Part shown: one piece after another, positions 26,097 through 36,551 of the stretch
How positions within the stretch are numbered: the first letter of the stretch is position 1
Layout of the letters: each line of letters begins with the position of its first letter
Source: an uncultured virus (IMG/VR IMGVR_UViG_3300002038_000007)
Lineage: Duplodnaviria; Heunggongvirae; Uroviricota; Caudoviricetes
Strand: one strand, 5' to 3'
Length of the DNA: 64,000 nt
IMG/VR virus record: IMGVR_UViG_3300002038_000007
Notes under the pieces: model-generated
What the model was told of the DNA's origin: nothing
What the model saw: only the letters and a program-made list of their open reading frames with translations
The model's database searches: none
Program-made: the position numbers and the translations under genes

Positions 26097-27524
26097 TTGT
26101 CTACGACCCTCATCTCAACCAGCGAAGGACAGATCGCGCTAGCTGTGATTGTGATGGCGGTCGCTGGCTTTTTCATGGGAAAAATTCCCATTGGGGAAGC
26201 GATTGAATATGCCGTGATGGCCCAAGGAATCTTGACAGCATCGCGAACGCTCAAAAAAAGCGTCGACAGGTTCTCCGACTCTTCTGAGGCCCAAGCCGAG
26301 GCTGCAAAGGCCGAAGCCGAGGCTGAGGCGGTCGAGGCCTTTGCGCGCATAAAGGAGAAGTAGAATGGGTGTAGCCATGATTGGCGCCTTTGTAACTGTC
26401 TTGGCATTCTCAACGCCATCTCATGTTGAAGATCAGCATGCCGCCCTTAGACAGCAATTTCAGCTGTTGGCAGAGTCGATTGAAAGGCACCGGCATCAGC
26501 TTACTAGCAATGGCAAATATCTTTCACTTCGGAGGGAATTTATTGAATTGCACAAAGATTATCGGTCAACGGTCTGGCTTTCAAAGAATATCTCAAAAGA
26601 TAAACTGGACCTATGGCATCGCGTCATCCATCACCGACTTTGGCCTCGGGTTTACCATGAACTTGAACGAGCGGGAGGCGGAAAGTGATCATCCTTAGGA
26701 AAATCAAAGCCTGCTACGCTAAGCTGGTGCCGATCACGGTCTCAGCCATTACCGCCGCTCTTTTGAGCCTTGGCTCATGGATCACCTGGCGTGTGCCGCA
26801 AACGCCAAAACCACCGAAGCAAGATAAGGCACCTGCGGATGCATAGGCCGGCATTGTTCGCTGCTGGCCTTGTTGTTGGTCTCGGTCTATGCGGGCTGGT
26901 TGGCGGGTGCGCTTTTCCTCTCGTTCCTGAGACTGCCGAGACAGCGCTTGAAAACCAGTCTCTAGGCGCGCTGGTCGAGGCTTGTGCCGAATTCAACCAA
27001 GTTTCAAGCCAGCTTGGCGACAGACTTGAGGCGCTGCCGGTTGGTGAGCTCACTGTTGATCAGGCGGACCGCTATGACGACGCCGTGACTGCAGCGGCCT
27101 GGCGTTGCAAGGATGATGAGCGCGCCGGCCAACATATCTCAGTGGTGCGGGAGCTGACCGAAGATCTCCGCCAAATGCTACCCGAGACGGGCGGGCTCTA
27201 CTGATGCCTTTGCCGTTACTTCTCGGAATGGCATTAAAGACGGTGGCCGCTTCCCTTGCTCAAGGAGCAGCCCAGAGCTTGGTTGAAAGCATGCGCTCGG
27301 CGCCTGGCTCTCAGCAAGAGGAAGAAATGGACCGCGCGGCCAATGCCTTCATGGGACTAGGTGAGCTACTGCAAACTGGGCAAGACATGATCAGCCCTGA
27401 TACCAAGAAAAAGCTACAAGAAAAACTCGATATCGTGAATGCCAACCTTCAAGATCGTGTGGATACGGTCGGGCGGTTGCGAGAAAAACTTAAAGCTGAG
27501 CGCCGAGGACCAGACGATGAGTAA
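26097..27524 (+). other. Cluster of small membrane/lipoprotein genes (26097-26363 holin-like, 26365-26688, ~26839-27204 lipoprotein, 27204-27524)
   Basis: Coupled ORFs with TM segments; LVGGC lipobox. Confidence 0.5.
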
Positions 27525-29115
27525 AGGCTATCTGGATGAGATCGATCATCATTTGACATCAGCCAAATTGAAGTTAAGCGCTTATCGCAACTCTTTGAAT
27601 GGCGAGGCACTCCCTAAGTCAACGGTGAAGCGTCGGGCCATTCCAAAAAAGCGCGGCGCTATCCACTGCACACCTGATGAGCTGCCCCAACGTCTCAGTC
27701 AGCTAAAGCCTGGCCAAAACCTTGTGGTGTCGCCTGGCGTCTATTATGGCACGCTCAATATTAAAAATGCAGCGGCGGCATCCATCGTTGCTGAGACGCC
27801 GGGCACTGTTCGGATCTCTGGCCTTTGGAAGGGCGCCGACCTTGGCAAAACCAAGTGGGTCAAAGAGCAAGGTGTGTGGTCAGCGCCGCATGCCGACAGT
27901 TTTATGGGCGCTGCTCAGGGGTGCTTTCTGTTTCGTTACAAAACCGTTGCCGATCTAAAGGCTGCGCGTGTGGCGGGCGTTACTAAACCTGCCTATGGCT
28001 ATGCCTATCAAGGCAAAAAGATCTACCTACAGATGCCTGCCAAAGGTGATCCAAATGGCAAATCGGTAAAGCTGGCTGACAAAAAAAGTCAAAATATCGT
28101 TAAGATCACCAACAGTCCCGATCTTCGGATTGACGGGTTTTGCTTCGAGGGCAGCGGTGATGCCGATGCTATCCTGTTCGATGCCAAGTCGATAAACCCG
28201 GTTTTGCGCAATTGCGTGTTTGAATATTGCCGCCGCGCTGCCCGGCTGCCTCATGGATCATTGGTTGAGTGGTGTGAATACACCTATCCAGGCTTCAAGA
28301 AATTCTTTGACCAACTCTTTGACTTAAACAAAGGCAAGGGCGAGGTCATTTTCGACCTTGTTAAAAAATACTGGGCCGCAAAAGGGAACGCGGCTATCGA
28401 AGGCGGCTTTGCTGAGTCGGTTTACCCTGGCGGGTCCGAAGGCTGTGAATTCCGTTTCAACTACTATCATCAGCTGTTCGATTGTTCTCGTCTTGGTGCT
28501 TTCAAGGGCAAGAAGGGCAAGAAGGGCAAAGGCGGCAAGCTTCGTCGCACCGAATCTCACCACAATGTTTTCCAGTACGCCTACGACAACTTTGTGGAAT
28601 TCGAGAATTGGTCAGCCAAGAGACCAACCACCGGGCTGCATCTTCATCACTGCCTGCTTCTCGACTGCATTGCGGGACCGCTGTCGCATCAAGATAGCAC
28701 CAATAACGGCATGAAGGGTGACCACCTGGTTTCTCACAACATCCTTCGATCGACTGCTCCTAAGCGCTATCACCCACCCTATTTGATCAAACTGCTTAAC
28801 CTGCAGAATGTAAAAAAGCCGATCGTCTATGAGTTCAATTACTTGGAGCAAGCGCCTGGCCATAATGATGGGTATGGCGACGCGAATTCTCTAGCAAAAG
28901 GGCTTCGAGGACAAAAGGTTGATTCCAGCAAAATCATTGTCCGGAAAAACATCATTGCCAGGGTAACCACGAAGGCTGATGGCGAGCCCAACTATGCCAA
29001 AGACAATGTTGTCATCAAAACGCCGATCAGAGACTTAGCCAAACTAAGTGAAATTATCGGTGAAACAGTTGATGAGAACTGGCCTCGTCCAAGAAAGAGG
29101 GCCTTTAGCGAGTAG
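27517..29115 (+). CDS. Basic right-handed beta-helix (polysaccharide lyase-like) protein
   Basis: LKPGQNLVVSPGVY, AETPGTVRISG, repeated xxHHNxF turns; start at ATG overlapping the previous gene. Confidence 0.65.
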   Translation: MSKGYLDEIDHHLTSAKLKLSAYRNSLNGEALPKSTVKRRAIPKKRGAIHCTPDELPQRLSQLKPGQNLVVSPGVYYGTLNIKNAAAASIVAETPGTVRISGLWKGADLGKTKWVKEQGVWSAPHADSFMGAAQGCFLFRYKTVADLKAARVAGVTKPAYGYAYQGKKIYLQMPAKGDPNGKSVKLADKKSQNIVKITNSPDLRIDGFCFEGSGDADAILFDAKSINPVLRNCVFEYCRRAARLPHGSLVEWCEYTYPGFKKFFDQLFDLNKGKGEVIFDLVKKYWAAKGNAAIEGGFAESVYPGGSEGCEFRFNYYHQLFDCSRLGAFKGKKGKKGKGGKLRRTESHHNVFQYAYDNFVEFENWSAKRPTTGLHLHHCLLLDCIAGPLSHQDSTNNGMKGDHLVSHNILRSTAPKRYHPPYLIKLLNLQNVKKPIVYEFNYLEQAPGHNDGYGDANSLAKGLRGQKVDSSKIIVRKNIIARVTTKADGEPNYAKDNVVIKTPIRDLAKLSEIIGETVDENWPRPRKRAFSE

Positions 29116-29408
29116 TCGCCATGATTGTGTTTGCTGTCCCTGAAATGACCGAAAAAGCTATCGCGGCCCTTCTGTGCGCGTGGCTGCTGTTGGTCTTTGT
29201 CGTTGTCGTTCCGATCGTGCTGACAATGGCCTTTTTTTACTGGTGTTTACTCCCGGCGCCTTACCGCACGTTTGACGAAATCGGCAAGGCTTGTGATCGG
29301 AAACGCCCGTCATGATCGAATTCTCTTATGGCGTCGCCACGCTGATCGGGATTGCCATCCTGCTTCGGCTTGCGGTCTCGGCCGTGCTTGCTGCACTGGG
29401 TGGATCCA

Positions 29409-29843
29409 ATGATCAGGGTTGATCATTGGAGCGATGCCGTCGCGTCCGGTGAATGGCGCTGGGAGCGCTTCTCAGCGGAGCTGATGGCTTGCCGGTGCTG
29501 CGGCCGCCTTGAGATCGACCAGGGCTTCATGGACCGCCTGAGCGCGCTCAGGGAGGCGTTTGGTGAGCCGATGCGGGAAACGTCGGGCTACCGGTGCCCT
29601 ATTCACAACGCCAATGAGTCACCAACCGGCTTAACCGGGCCGCACACCATGGGTCGCGCAGTCGACATCGCAATCTATGGAAAAAGCTTGTTCAAGCTGC
29701 TGCCGCTGGCCTTCGAGCATGGCTTCACCGGTATCGGCGATAAACAAAAGAGCGGCTCGGATTACAACCAGCGTTTTTTGCATCTCGATGACCTTCAGGA
29801 TCATGAGCACACTGGGCCGCGGCCTTGGAAGTGGACTTACTAA
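29409..29843 (+). CDS. Peptidase M15A (D-Ala-D-Ala carboxypeptidase-like) endolysin
   Basis: FSAELMACRCCG, TSGYRCPIHN, HTMGRAVDI, FLHLD. Confidence 0.88.
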   Translation: MIRVDHWSDAVASGEWRWERFSAELMACRCCGRLEIDQGFMDRLSALREAFGEPMRETSGYRCPIHNANESPTGLTGPHTMGRAVDIAIYGKSLFKLLPLAFEHGFTGIGDKQKSGSDYNQRFLHLDDLQDHEHTGPRPWKWTY

Positions 29844-29973
29844 GTCTTCAGTCCATAAAAAAAGCAGCGCCGAAGCGCTGCCTGAATCGCTTATGACCTT
29901 CCCTGGCTGCCGCGCCTCTGTGGCAACAGGGGAGGGGGAAACGTCGCCATAACAACTTGTGTGCGCTGGCTTG

Positions 29974-30606
29974 TCAAGTTTTTTCGGGTCCGTGCAGGCG
30001 ACAATGGGACTCCCCTGTCAATCGTGGCTGGCCACACGGCTTCCCGTTTTTTTTGGGTCGTCCGCATAAGTGCTCCGCGGACATTCCATTTTTTTTAGCC
30101 CCCTCCTTCTCTGGCTGATCACGTCCTTTTGCTGGTTCCTGATCATCGTGGCGCTTGCAGCAGGTCATGCCAGCGCGCGCATGATCAGCACATTGGCCCT
30201 TGCCCTGTAGTAGTTGCCCAGCACAACGAGGCCGCTTGTTATAATTTGGGCGCCGACTATAGGAGCGTTTTGCTGAAGGGGGCCTTGGCGCTGGCTTCCC
30301 ATACACTGAATGATAGCAGGCTGCACAGAGACCATCTGCGGCAGCATACATCGGACATGGGTTACCTTTAGCTGTAATCCCACAACATTTGACGCGGTCG
30401 TTTGTTTTCTCTGTTGGTTTTGGTGACTGATTTGCGATGAGTTTTGGCGCCGGTTTTTCTTCCTCAATAGCATTCGTAATGTTGATGGTAGGAGTCGCTC
30501 CGCTTGGCGCTTGTTCAGCGGAAACTTGAGCGGCTTGAAGAAGCTGTGAGAAGCCTATCTCTCTTCGCAGATAAGCCAGCTTGGCGAACTCAACTAGATC
30601 ATTCAT
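29974..30606 (-). CDS. Protein with three Cys/His Zn-binding repeats (CxGxxKxGxPC...CxxH)
   Basis: CCGITAKGNPC...CAACYH; CAGQLLQGKGQC...CKRH; CGRPKKNGKPC...CRLHG. Confidence 0.65.
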   Translation of the reverse strand: MNDLVEFAKLAYLRREIGFSQLLQAAQVSAEQAPSGATPTINITNAIEEEKPAPKLIANQSPKPTEKTNDRVKCCGITAKGNPCPMYAAADGLCAACYHSVYGKPAPRPPSAKRSYSRRPNYNKRPRCAGQLLQGKGQCADHARAGMTCCKRHDDQEPAKGRDQPEKEGAKKNGMSAEHLCGRPKKNGKPCGQPRLTGESHCRLHGPEKT

Positions 30607-31283
30607 GCCGCTTGCCTAAGCTTCCATGACTTGAGCTTGCCCTTCAGTTTAGGATCAATGCTCTCCATGACGCCTTTGATCTCATCCATCATATCGTTCG
30701 CAACATCGCCAAGATTTCCATAGAGGTTTTCATTAATGGCGCGGCCCCGATCATGATAGCTCCGATAGGAGCGTCGCTCTGGAATGGCGGTGTCCAGAAA
30801 AGGGACGTTAAAGCCGTTGAAATAGTCCTTGGCTTTGTTCTCTTCAATATCTGAGCCAAAGCCAACCAAGGCTATACGGGCGATCGCTATCTCTCCTTTC
30901 TGTCTCTCCAGCGCTTTGTAGGTAAGCGCTGCCGGTTGGAACTGATCATTTTCGCCAGGACCTACAGGGATGATAATCAGATCGCCTTGCTTGGCGAGCT
31001 CTCCTGTGTTTGCTTTAGCGCGGGGTTTCAGGTCGGCCACAACATGATCATATTTCTGCCCATCGGCGATGCAAGTCTCTACGCTGTTGTAGGGTTCGCA
31101 CCAAATCCTAGGTTCAACATCGGCATCAATGCGCCGTGCTGCCCATTTTAAGGTGGTGCCCTGTTCCCAGTCGAGATCAGCGAGGAGAACGCTGAAGTCG
31201 TTGCCCGAGAGCGCCACGGCCATGGCCCTCGCCAGAGTCGACTTTCCAGCGCCCCCTTTCATGGAAGCAAATAGAATATTCAT
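30603..31283 (-). CDS. parA: ParA-family partition ATPase
   Basis: Deviant Walker A KGGAGKST, DLDWEQG, DLIIIPV. Confidence 0.88.
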   Translation of the reverse strand: MNILFASMKGGAGKSTLARAMAVALSGNDFSVLLADLDWEQGTTLKWAARRIDADVEPRIWCEPYNSVETCIADGQKYDHVVADLKPRAKANTGELAKQGDLIIIPVGPGENDQFQPAALTYKALERQKGEIAIARIALVGFGSDIEENKAKDYFNGFNVPFLDTAIPERRSYRSYHDRGRAINENLYGNLGDVANDMMDEIKGVMESIDPKLKGKLKSWKLRQAA

Positions 31284-31486
31284 GGTTGCTTTCTTTTTTG
31301 ATTGAACTGGACGGCCATTGCATGGCTGTCAACGATGCGCCTAGCCTTTTCCAGGCCGGCGACCTTGAAGAACTTGTTGACCGTTAGCTCTGGAGAATCC
31401 CTCTTCAGGATTTCAACGGCTCGATCGACGAGTTGGGATTCTTGGTTGTTTATCCGAGGGGTCACGGCCCGTGTGGATTCTGCCAT
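31280..31486 (-). CDS. RHH (DUF1778-like) DNA-binding protein
   Basis: TRAVTPRINNQESQLVDRA...TVNKFFKVAGLEKARRIV; coupled to parA. Confidence 0.6.
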   Translation of the reverse strand: MAESTRAVTPRINNQESQLVDRAVEILKRDSPELTVNKFFKVAGLEKARRIVDSHAMAVQFNQKRKQP

Positions 31487-31687
31487 TGGCGCGCTCTTTC
31501 TTGCTTGATTGCAATGAAGTGAGCTTGCATATCACAAAATAACAGCTTGTCAAGTCTTGGTTGAATAAACGTAACAAAAACGCCCACGGGCGCGCGGGCG
31601 TTAAATTGCGTCTGCCAATGCGGGGGGGGGGGCAGACATTCTATGGGCACGTTATTGGCCGCGCCAATCAATAATTCAAGCGCGACT

Positions 31688-32062
31688 CTATTGAGGTAGA
31701 GCGCTGTGAGATTGAGGCAAGAGGCTGCTCGCCAGCCCTATTTGCTCCGCGGGGTCCGGGGCCGGCAACATCAACACCTCCTCGAGCTCAATCTTCTCGA
31801 CATGGATCTCATCAACGATCACCGGGGCGTTGGCATAACCCTCGATCGCTTGCCAGACCAGCTTGTCCCAGATGACGAAGACGATCTTCCCCATAACTCC
31901 CACGCAAGCATAGCTCACCAAGATATCGAGCCAAGACAGCTCGCTCAGTGGGATGTAGTCGCCGAGGCCTGGACAGAACAATGCGCATGCCTTGGTGACT
32001 GGCAGGAACAGGATCGCGGCGGTTAGGCCGTAGGAGATGAGGGATGCGGATTTAGGGGTCAT
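31688..32062 (-). CDS. Membrane hypothetical protein
   Basis: Two hydrophobic segments. Confidence 0.45.
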   Translation of the reverse strand: MTPKSASLISYGLTAAILFLPVTKACALFCPGLGDYIPLSELSWLDILVSYACVGVMGKIVFVIWDKLVWQAIEGYANAPVIVDEIHVEKIELEEVLMLPAPDPAEQIGLASSLLPQSHSALPQ

Positions 32063-32083
32063 TGGTTATCCAATATATTTGAT

Positions 32084-33124
32084 TTATGAGATCTCATCGC
32101 CAGTCTCTTTGTATTTTGGATTGAGGATCTTCACCATCAGGCGCGTGCCGTCTTCAGCTCGTCGATCAACGGAAGGCCGTATAACGATGCCTTCCTTGAT
32201 GTTATCTTCTGTCCCACTGACTTGTTCTCGACCTTTTGCCAGCTCGCGAATCTTGGCTTCGTTGAAGGGGCCTTCGTAGAGGATGGGCACCCATAATTTC
32301 AGTAGCGTTTCGGATACGTCTTCCATTCTAACCGATTCTCCATCGGCTCGAATATCGAAGATCCGTAGCGTTGGCATGCTCTGGCCATATTTGAAGGCCT
32401 GGGCTGGAATAACCTCACCCAAAAGCTGAACCGAGTGCTTAATCATTCCTTGGAGATTATTGATACGCGCCATTTCCCTCAGATAGCCCATCAACCCAAC
32501 ATTCTTCATCGCTGTCCAATAGATGTTTCGATCGCTTTCTAGGATATGGAGTCCCTTGCCTGCCATACCTTTGGAGGTGATGAAAACTCCACCATCAGGA
32601 GTGAACGTGCAGTTGATCTGTGTTCCGTGGATCTTCTCTGTGACGACGACCGCTTCACCATCCTGGAAATCATCTCGATAGATGCCAAATTGCTCAACAT
32701 CGTGCTTAGAAAACACGATACCATCAGGAAACGGCTCGCATAGGCCAGCCATGTCTTGAGAGATAGGAGGTTCGTACTTTGTGATGCCCAAGCGCCCGGC
32801 CAGGCATTCACCATTGTCAGCCTGGGCAACGAAGTCAGGAAGATCAGGCAAGGCGATTGTTACACCTTGAGACAGCTCTCCACGAAGCCGAACAGCCTTC
32901 ACGCGATCTTTGTTTGGGCCAACAAGGTAGTTTTTAAATGGCTCGGCAATATCATCAGGCAAAACCGATTTTTCCGGCGCAAAGACGACAACATCGCCGA
33001 TCACAAATGTGTCTTTCCGGGCAACGACCTGGAACGATCCCAGCTTGATGATATCCAGAGAATCCGCGTTGTAGTGCTTATTGATTCGTGTCACTTCGAG
33101 TTTAGCAACGGACCATTCACTCAT
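32084..33124 (-). CDS. RNA ligase, DRB0094/Rnl5-like family
   Basis: N-terminal OB-like module (HYNADSL, LRGELSQG); motif I TEKIHGT; KEGIVIRP; KILNPKY. Confidence 0.88.
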   Translation of the reverse strand: MSEWSVAKLEVTRINKHYNADSLDIIKLGSFQVVARKDTFVIGDVVVFAPEKSVLPDDIAEPFKNYLVGPNKDRVKAVRLRGELSQGVTIALPDLPDFVAQADNGECLAGRLGITKYEPPISQDMAGLCEPFPDGIVFSKHDVEQFGIYRDDFQDGEAVVVTEKIHGTQINCTFTPDGGVFITSKGMAGKGLHILESDRNIYWTAMKNVGLMGYLREMARINNLQGMIKHSVQLLGEVIPAQAFKYGQSMPTLRIFDIRADGESVRMEDVSETLLKLWVPILYEGPFNEAKIRELAKGREQVSGTEDNIKEGIVIRPSVDRRAEDGTRLMVKILNPKYKETGDEIS

Positions 33125-33207
33125 TCACCCTTCCTTTCCCATTTCTCAATCGCCACAACGGCAAGATCTATGCGGCGCCATAGTTGGGGGATCATCACCT
33201 CGACTCC

Positions 33208-34700
33208 TCAGCTTGAAATAACCTCACTGCTACGCGCACGGCTACCAGAACTATTCGGATCGCGGCCCATTCTCTTTTGGTACGATTGCCCCTTGAGCTC
33301 GGCAGTTGCTTCCACAAAGGGTTTGGCGCATTCAGCGCATGAATCAAGCGGCTCTGTTGAGTTTGGATCGCAGGGGGCGGACACGATTTTGACAGCGTAT
33401 ACACCGCCGTTGTCAATCTTCTTGCCGCATGCATCACAGTGGTAGGTTTCGGTCTTCATTACCTCTCCTCATTCCATATTCTAGCCGTCACGGCATTGGT
33501 CATCCAATCAATTACCGAACATCGGGAGAAAAACCGGGTCAGCATGTTCGCATTGAAGCTCTTTGGCGGCGAAAATCGCGGCTTCGGAACATTCGTCTTC
33601 CGAGTACGCGTTGTTTCCTTCCGTGAAGTCATAAGCGGCTTCGCCCACACTCATGCTGGCCCTCACCTCCATGCCTCGACATCGGTCATAAAGTGCGAGT
33701 TTTTGCCTGCTGAAATCTTTGTAGGTCAGACCCCTCATGCGCCTGTTGACCTTGCCCCAGGCTTCATCGTTCATTTGCTCAACCCAGTGCCAAAACGCGA
33801 ACACATGACGTGTATTGCCATCCATAAATCTTTGTGGATAAGCGATCGCCTCTTGGATTTGATTGGGATGAGTGTCTCTGATCCGCATCATGAAATATTC
33901 GTGCGCTTTAATTAGCCTTGGCGCGATCTCGGTAACAGTGGAGGCCGGCATTGCGCTTGTAATCGTTTGGGTAACGGGGTGCATCGTATCACTCCTTTGA
34001 TGAATTAGAGCTGTCGCTTACTAGATTCCCATCCAGATTCCATAGGCCAGCTAGGCTCTCCAATTTGACCTCCAAAAAGTTAGGTAGTTTGGTTTCGATT
34101 CTTCCAAACTTCGGCTGAACATTTACCATAGGATTCAGATGTGCCGCCCACATCAGGGCCACCATGGTTTTGACAAATCCCATGATGGTCGAGTTGGCAT
34201 TCTCCCTCGGCGTACCAATCCATTACCGGCCCGGCGATTTCCAAATCAGCGATGACTTGAGAAAGAACGTTGGGGTCAATATCGCCTATCGACAACAGAT
34301 CGAATTGTGATTCGGCTGTTGCTCCATCAAGTGCTTTGATGTGGCTCCTGACCGCCCTTTCTATGGTTTTAAGTCGGTCAAGGTTTGTTATCGATTGGCA
34401 TCTATCGCCCATCACTCACTCCAATCCAATCATCGTGACGGCCTTCCATAGACACAAACCAACGCCAATACACAAAAGAATGTTCAGCGCCATCATCTCG
34501 AAATCGATGCCGGAAGTCTCACCCTCCACAACTCTAGCGAAACGATCCGTCTCGGCCCGTCGTTCTGCAAGGTGCGCTTGCCACTTTGCTTCCCGCGCAC
34601 GATCCTTGTCAGCTAGCCGCATCTCTCCTTCTGTGAGGGGCCATAAGTCTTCTAGCTCTGGGTAGTCCTCGCTTTTTCGGTTGGTCACATCACCTCTCCT
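33208..34700 (-). other. Cluster of small phage early hypothetical genes (33208-33459 Zn finger, 33508-33984, 34080-34415, 34416-~34688)
   Basis: Co-oriented ORFs with AGGAG/GAGG RBSs. Confidence 0.55.
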
Positions 34701-34763
34701 CATTCCATATCCTAGCCATCACGGCATAGGCTGTGGGCTCACCTTGCGATTCAATCTTAGCTT

Positions 34764-35032
34764 TAGGTACAATATAGGTACAAACAAAAATAACAAAAAT
34801 GAACCAATGTCGTAGATAAGGATGCTAAGTCGTTGAAAAAATGGTGGCCCCTGTCGGGATCGAACCGACACGTTCACAGGGGAACAACAGATTTTAAGTC
34901 TGTTCAAGGCCACATTCATCGTTATTTGCCGCCATTCATCGTCAAAAAATCCAATGATTTCAACGACGGCTGACGATGGGTGCTTGTGGATGACAATGCT
35001 TGGCGCGAAGTTTGGGTGCAAAATAGGTACAA
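34764..35032. mobile_element. attP: core is the 3' part of a tRNA-Leu(TAA) (34842-34905, minus), flanked by arm-type repeats TAGGTACAA
   Basis: Minus strand AACAGA-CTTAAAA-TCTGTT...GTCGGTTCGATCCCGACAGGGGCCACCA lacking the 5' half; TAGGTACAA at 34764, 34775 and 35024; adjacent to integrase 3' end. Confidence 0.8.
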
Positions 35033-35038
35033 TTTCAT

Positions 35039-36097
35039 TCACCCCTTCCTCCATTTCTGCGCCGCCTCAGCAGCTTCTCGAACATGTGATCTACGACGAT
35101 GGGCATAGCGCCTGGTCGTCGAGAGCGATGAGTGGTGCAACGCATCCTGCACCAATGCCACGTCACCCGTAGCGTCCATCAGGGATTGGGCGAAGGTGTG
35201 GCGAAGATCATGGAAACGGACATCCGGTAGACCTGCATCGCATCGCGATCGTTCCCAAATGCCCTTGATGGATCTGATCTGGGCGCCGTCTCGGGTAAAC
35301 ACCGGCCCGAGATCCTTTGGGCCTATGCGGGTCAGGATTTCCATCGCCCATTCTGTAAGCTCCACCGGATTTGACTTTTTCCCTTTTCCGATCGGAACAA
35401 TCTTTTGTTTTTCGAGATCGACATCCCGCCATTGCAAAGAGAATATAGGTGCTCGCCTAAGCCCGGTGGCGAGGGCGAACTCAACGATATCAGCAAGCCA
35501 GGGAGGGCAGGCGTTGATCAAAAGCCGCTGCTCACTCGTCGATAGATTGCGCTCAACCGTTTCCGCCTCAGGCCTCATCAAGGCTTCCCAGGAGACCGAC
35601 GGAACGTCTTCCCATTGCCAAAGACGCTGGGCTTTTCTCATAGCGCCCCGGAGCACTGCCAGGCGACGGTTTATCGTCGCGTTCGTGGGCAGCTTTGGCT
35701 TGTTCGATCGTCGATCCATCACGACCTGCTGACGAGATCGGTTATAAACCGGAGTCGTTCGCCATTTTGTGACGGCTTCGGAAATGCGAGATGTGGTCAA
35801 ATCGGCAATACGAGAGTGATCTCCGAATTCATCAGTCATGGTCTCCAAGTGCTGACCGATGGTTCGCGCCCATGCCAGACCTTCAGCGTGCTCCGTCCAA
35901 TATTTTTCCATCATGTTAGAGAATGTATGTTGGCCCGCCGCTTCGGCTGCGTCTTCTGCTTTGAGCCTTTGTTCCAAGGCCTGGACGTCCCGCTTGCGCG
36001 GGTAGTCTTTCGCTTTGACCGTTTGCTGACAGCGCGTGCCATCTCCCCGATAGAATCGGATGATCCAATTTCCGTTTTTTCTTTTATAGACCGGCAT
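35039..36097 (-). CDS. int: Tyrosine recombinase (phage integrase)
   Basis: ATGLRR, RFHDLRHT, LHHSSLSTTRRY catalytic motifs. Confidence 0.93.
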   Translation of the reverse strand: MPVYKRKNGNWIIRFYRGDGTRCQQTVKAKDYPRKRDVQALEQRLKAEDAAEAAGQHTFSNMMEKYWTEHAEGLAWARTIGQHLETMTDEFGDHSRIADLTTSRISEAVTKWRTTPVYNRSRQQVVMDRRSNKPKLPTNATINRRLAVLRGAMRKAQRLWQWEDVPSVSWEALMRPEAETVERNLSTSEQRLLINACPPWLADIVEFALATGLRRAPIFSLQWRDVDLEKQKIVPIGKGKKSNPVELTEWAMEILTRIGPKDLGPVFTRDGAQIRSIKGIWERSRCDAGLPDVRFHDLRHTFAQSLMDATGDVALVQDALHHSSLSTTRRYAHRRRSHVREAAEAAQKWRKG

Positions 36098-36312
36098 CGA
36101 TTCGCCTCGATGAAATCCACAAGATCAGAATGGTAAATACGCTTGGATGATCCAATCCTCACAAAGGCGATGAGACCGTCCTCAACGAGGGACCGAAGCG
36201 TATCGCGACTAACACCAAGCTTTTTCGCTGCATCTGACTGTGTCAGCAAAAGCGGGGCATCATCGTCCTGGACCATAGCAGAGGACAAGGTGATCATATC
36301 AGGAACATCCAT
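35911..36312 (-). CDS. xis: Excisionase-family HTH protein overlapping int
   Basis: LLTQSDAAKKLGVSRDTLRSLVEDGLIAFVRIGSSKRI. Confidence 0.8.
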   Translation of the reverse strand: MDVPDMITLSSAMVQDDDAPLLLTQSDAAKKLGVSRDTLRSLVEDGLIAFVRIGSSKRIYHSDLVDFIEANRCRSIKEKTEIGSSDSIGEMARAVSKRSKRKTTRASGTSRPWNKGSKQKTQPKRRANIHSLT

Positions 36313-36551
36313 CCTGTATCTCGCGAAGCATGTCAGTCATGGCCCTATAAGGCAGCTCATTCCGTCCAAGTCCGCCTTTGGGGATATAGTCAATTCTCAC
36401 TAGCAAAGTCATGCTCATCATCCTTCCTGCCTATGCCTATCTTGCTATTGGCGGGCAGCGGCTGACTATATCTGCTGGGACGAACCGAGCTCTCGGTATC
36501 CAGCTTTGATCGATAGCCGCTGCCCTGTGCCCAACGGGCATCTCGTGTTGA

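Noticed and set aside
28504..28539. AAGGGCAAG tandem repeat
   Set aside because: In-frame KGK low-complexity loop
31622..31633. Poly-G tract
   Set aside because: Intergenic, with no evident link to a promoter spacer or ORF; may be a homopolymer artefact
34842..34905. A 30th tRNA gene
   Set aside because: The 5' acceptor strand and D-arm are absent; better explained as the attP core
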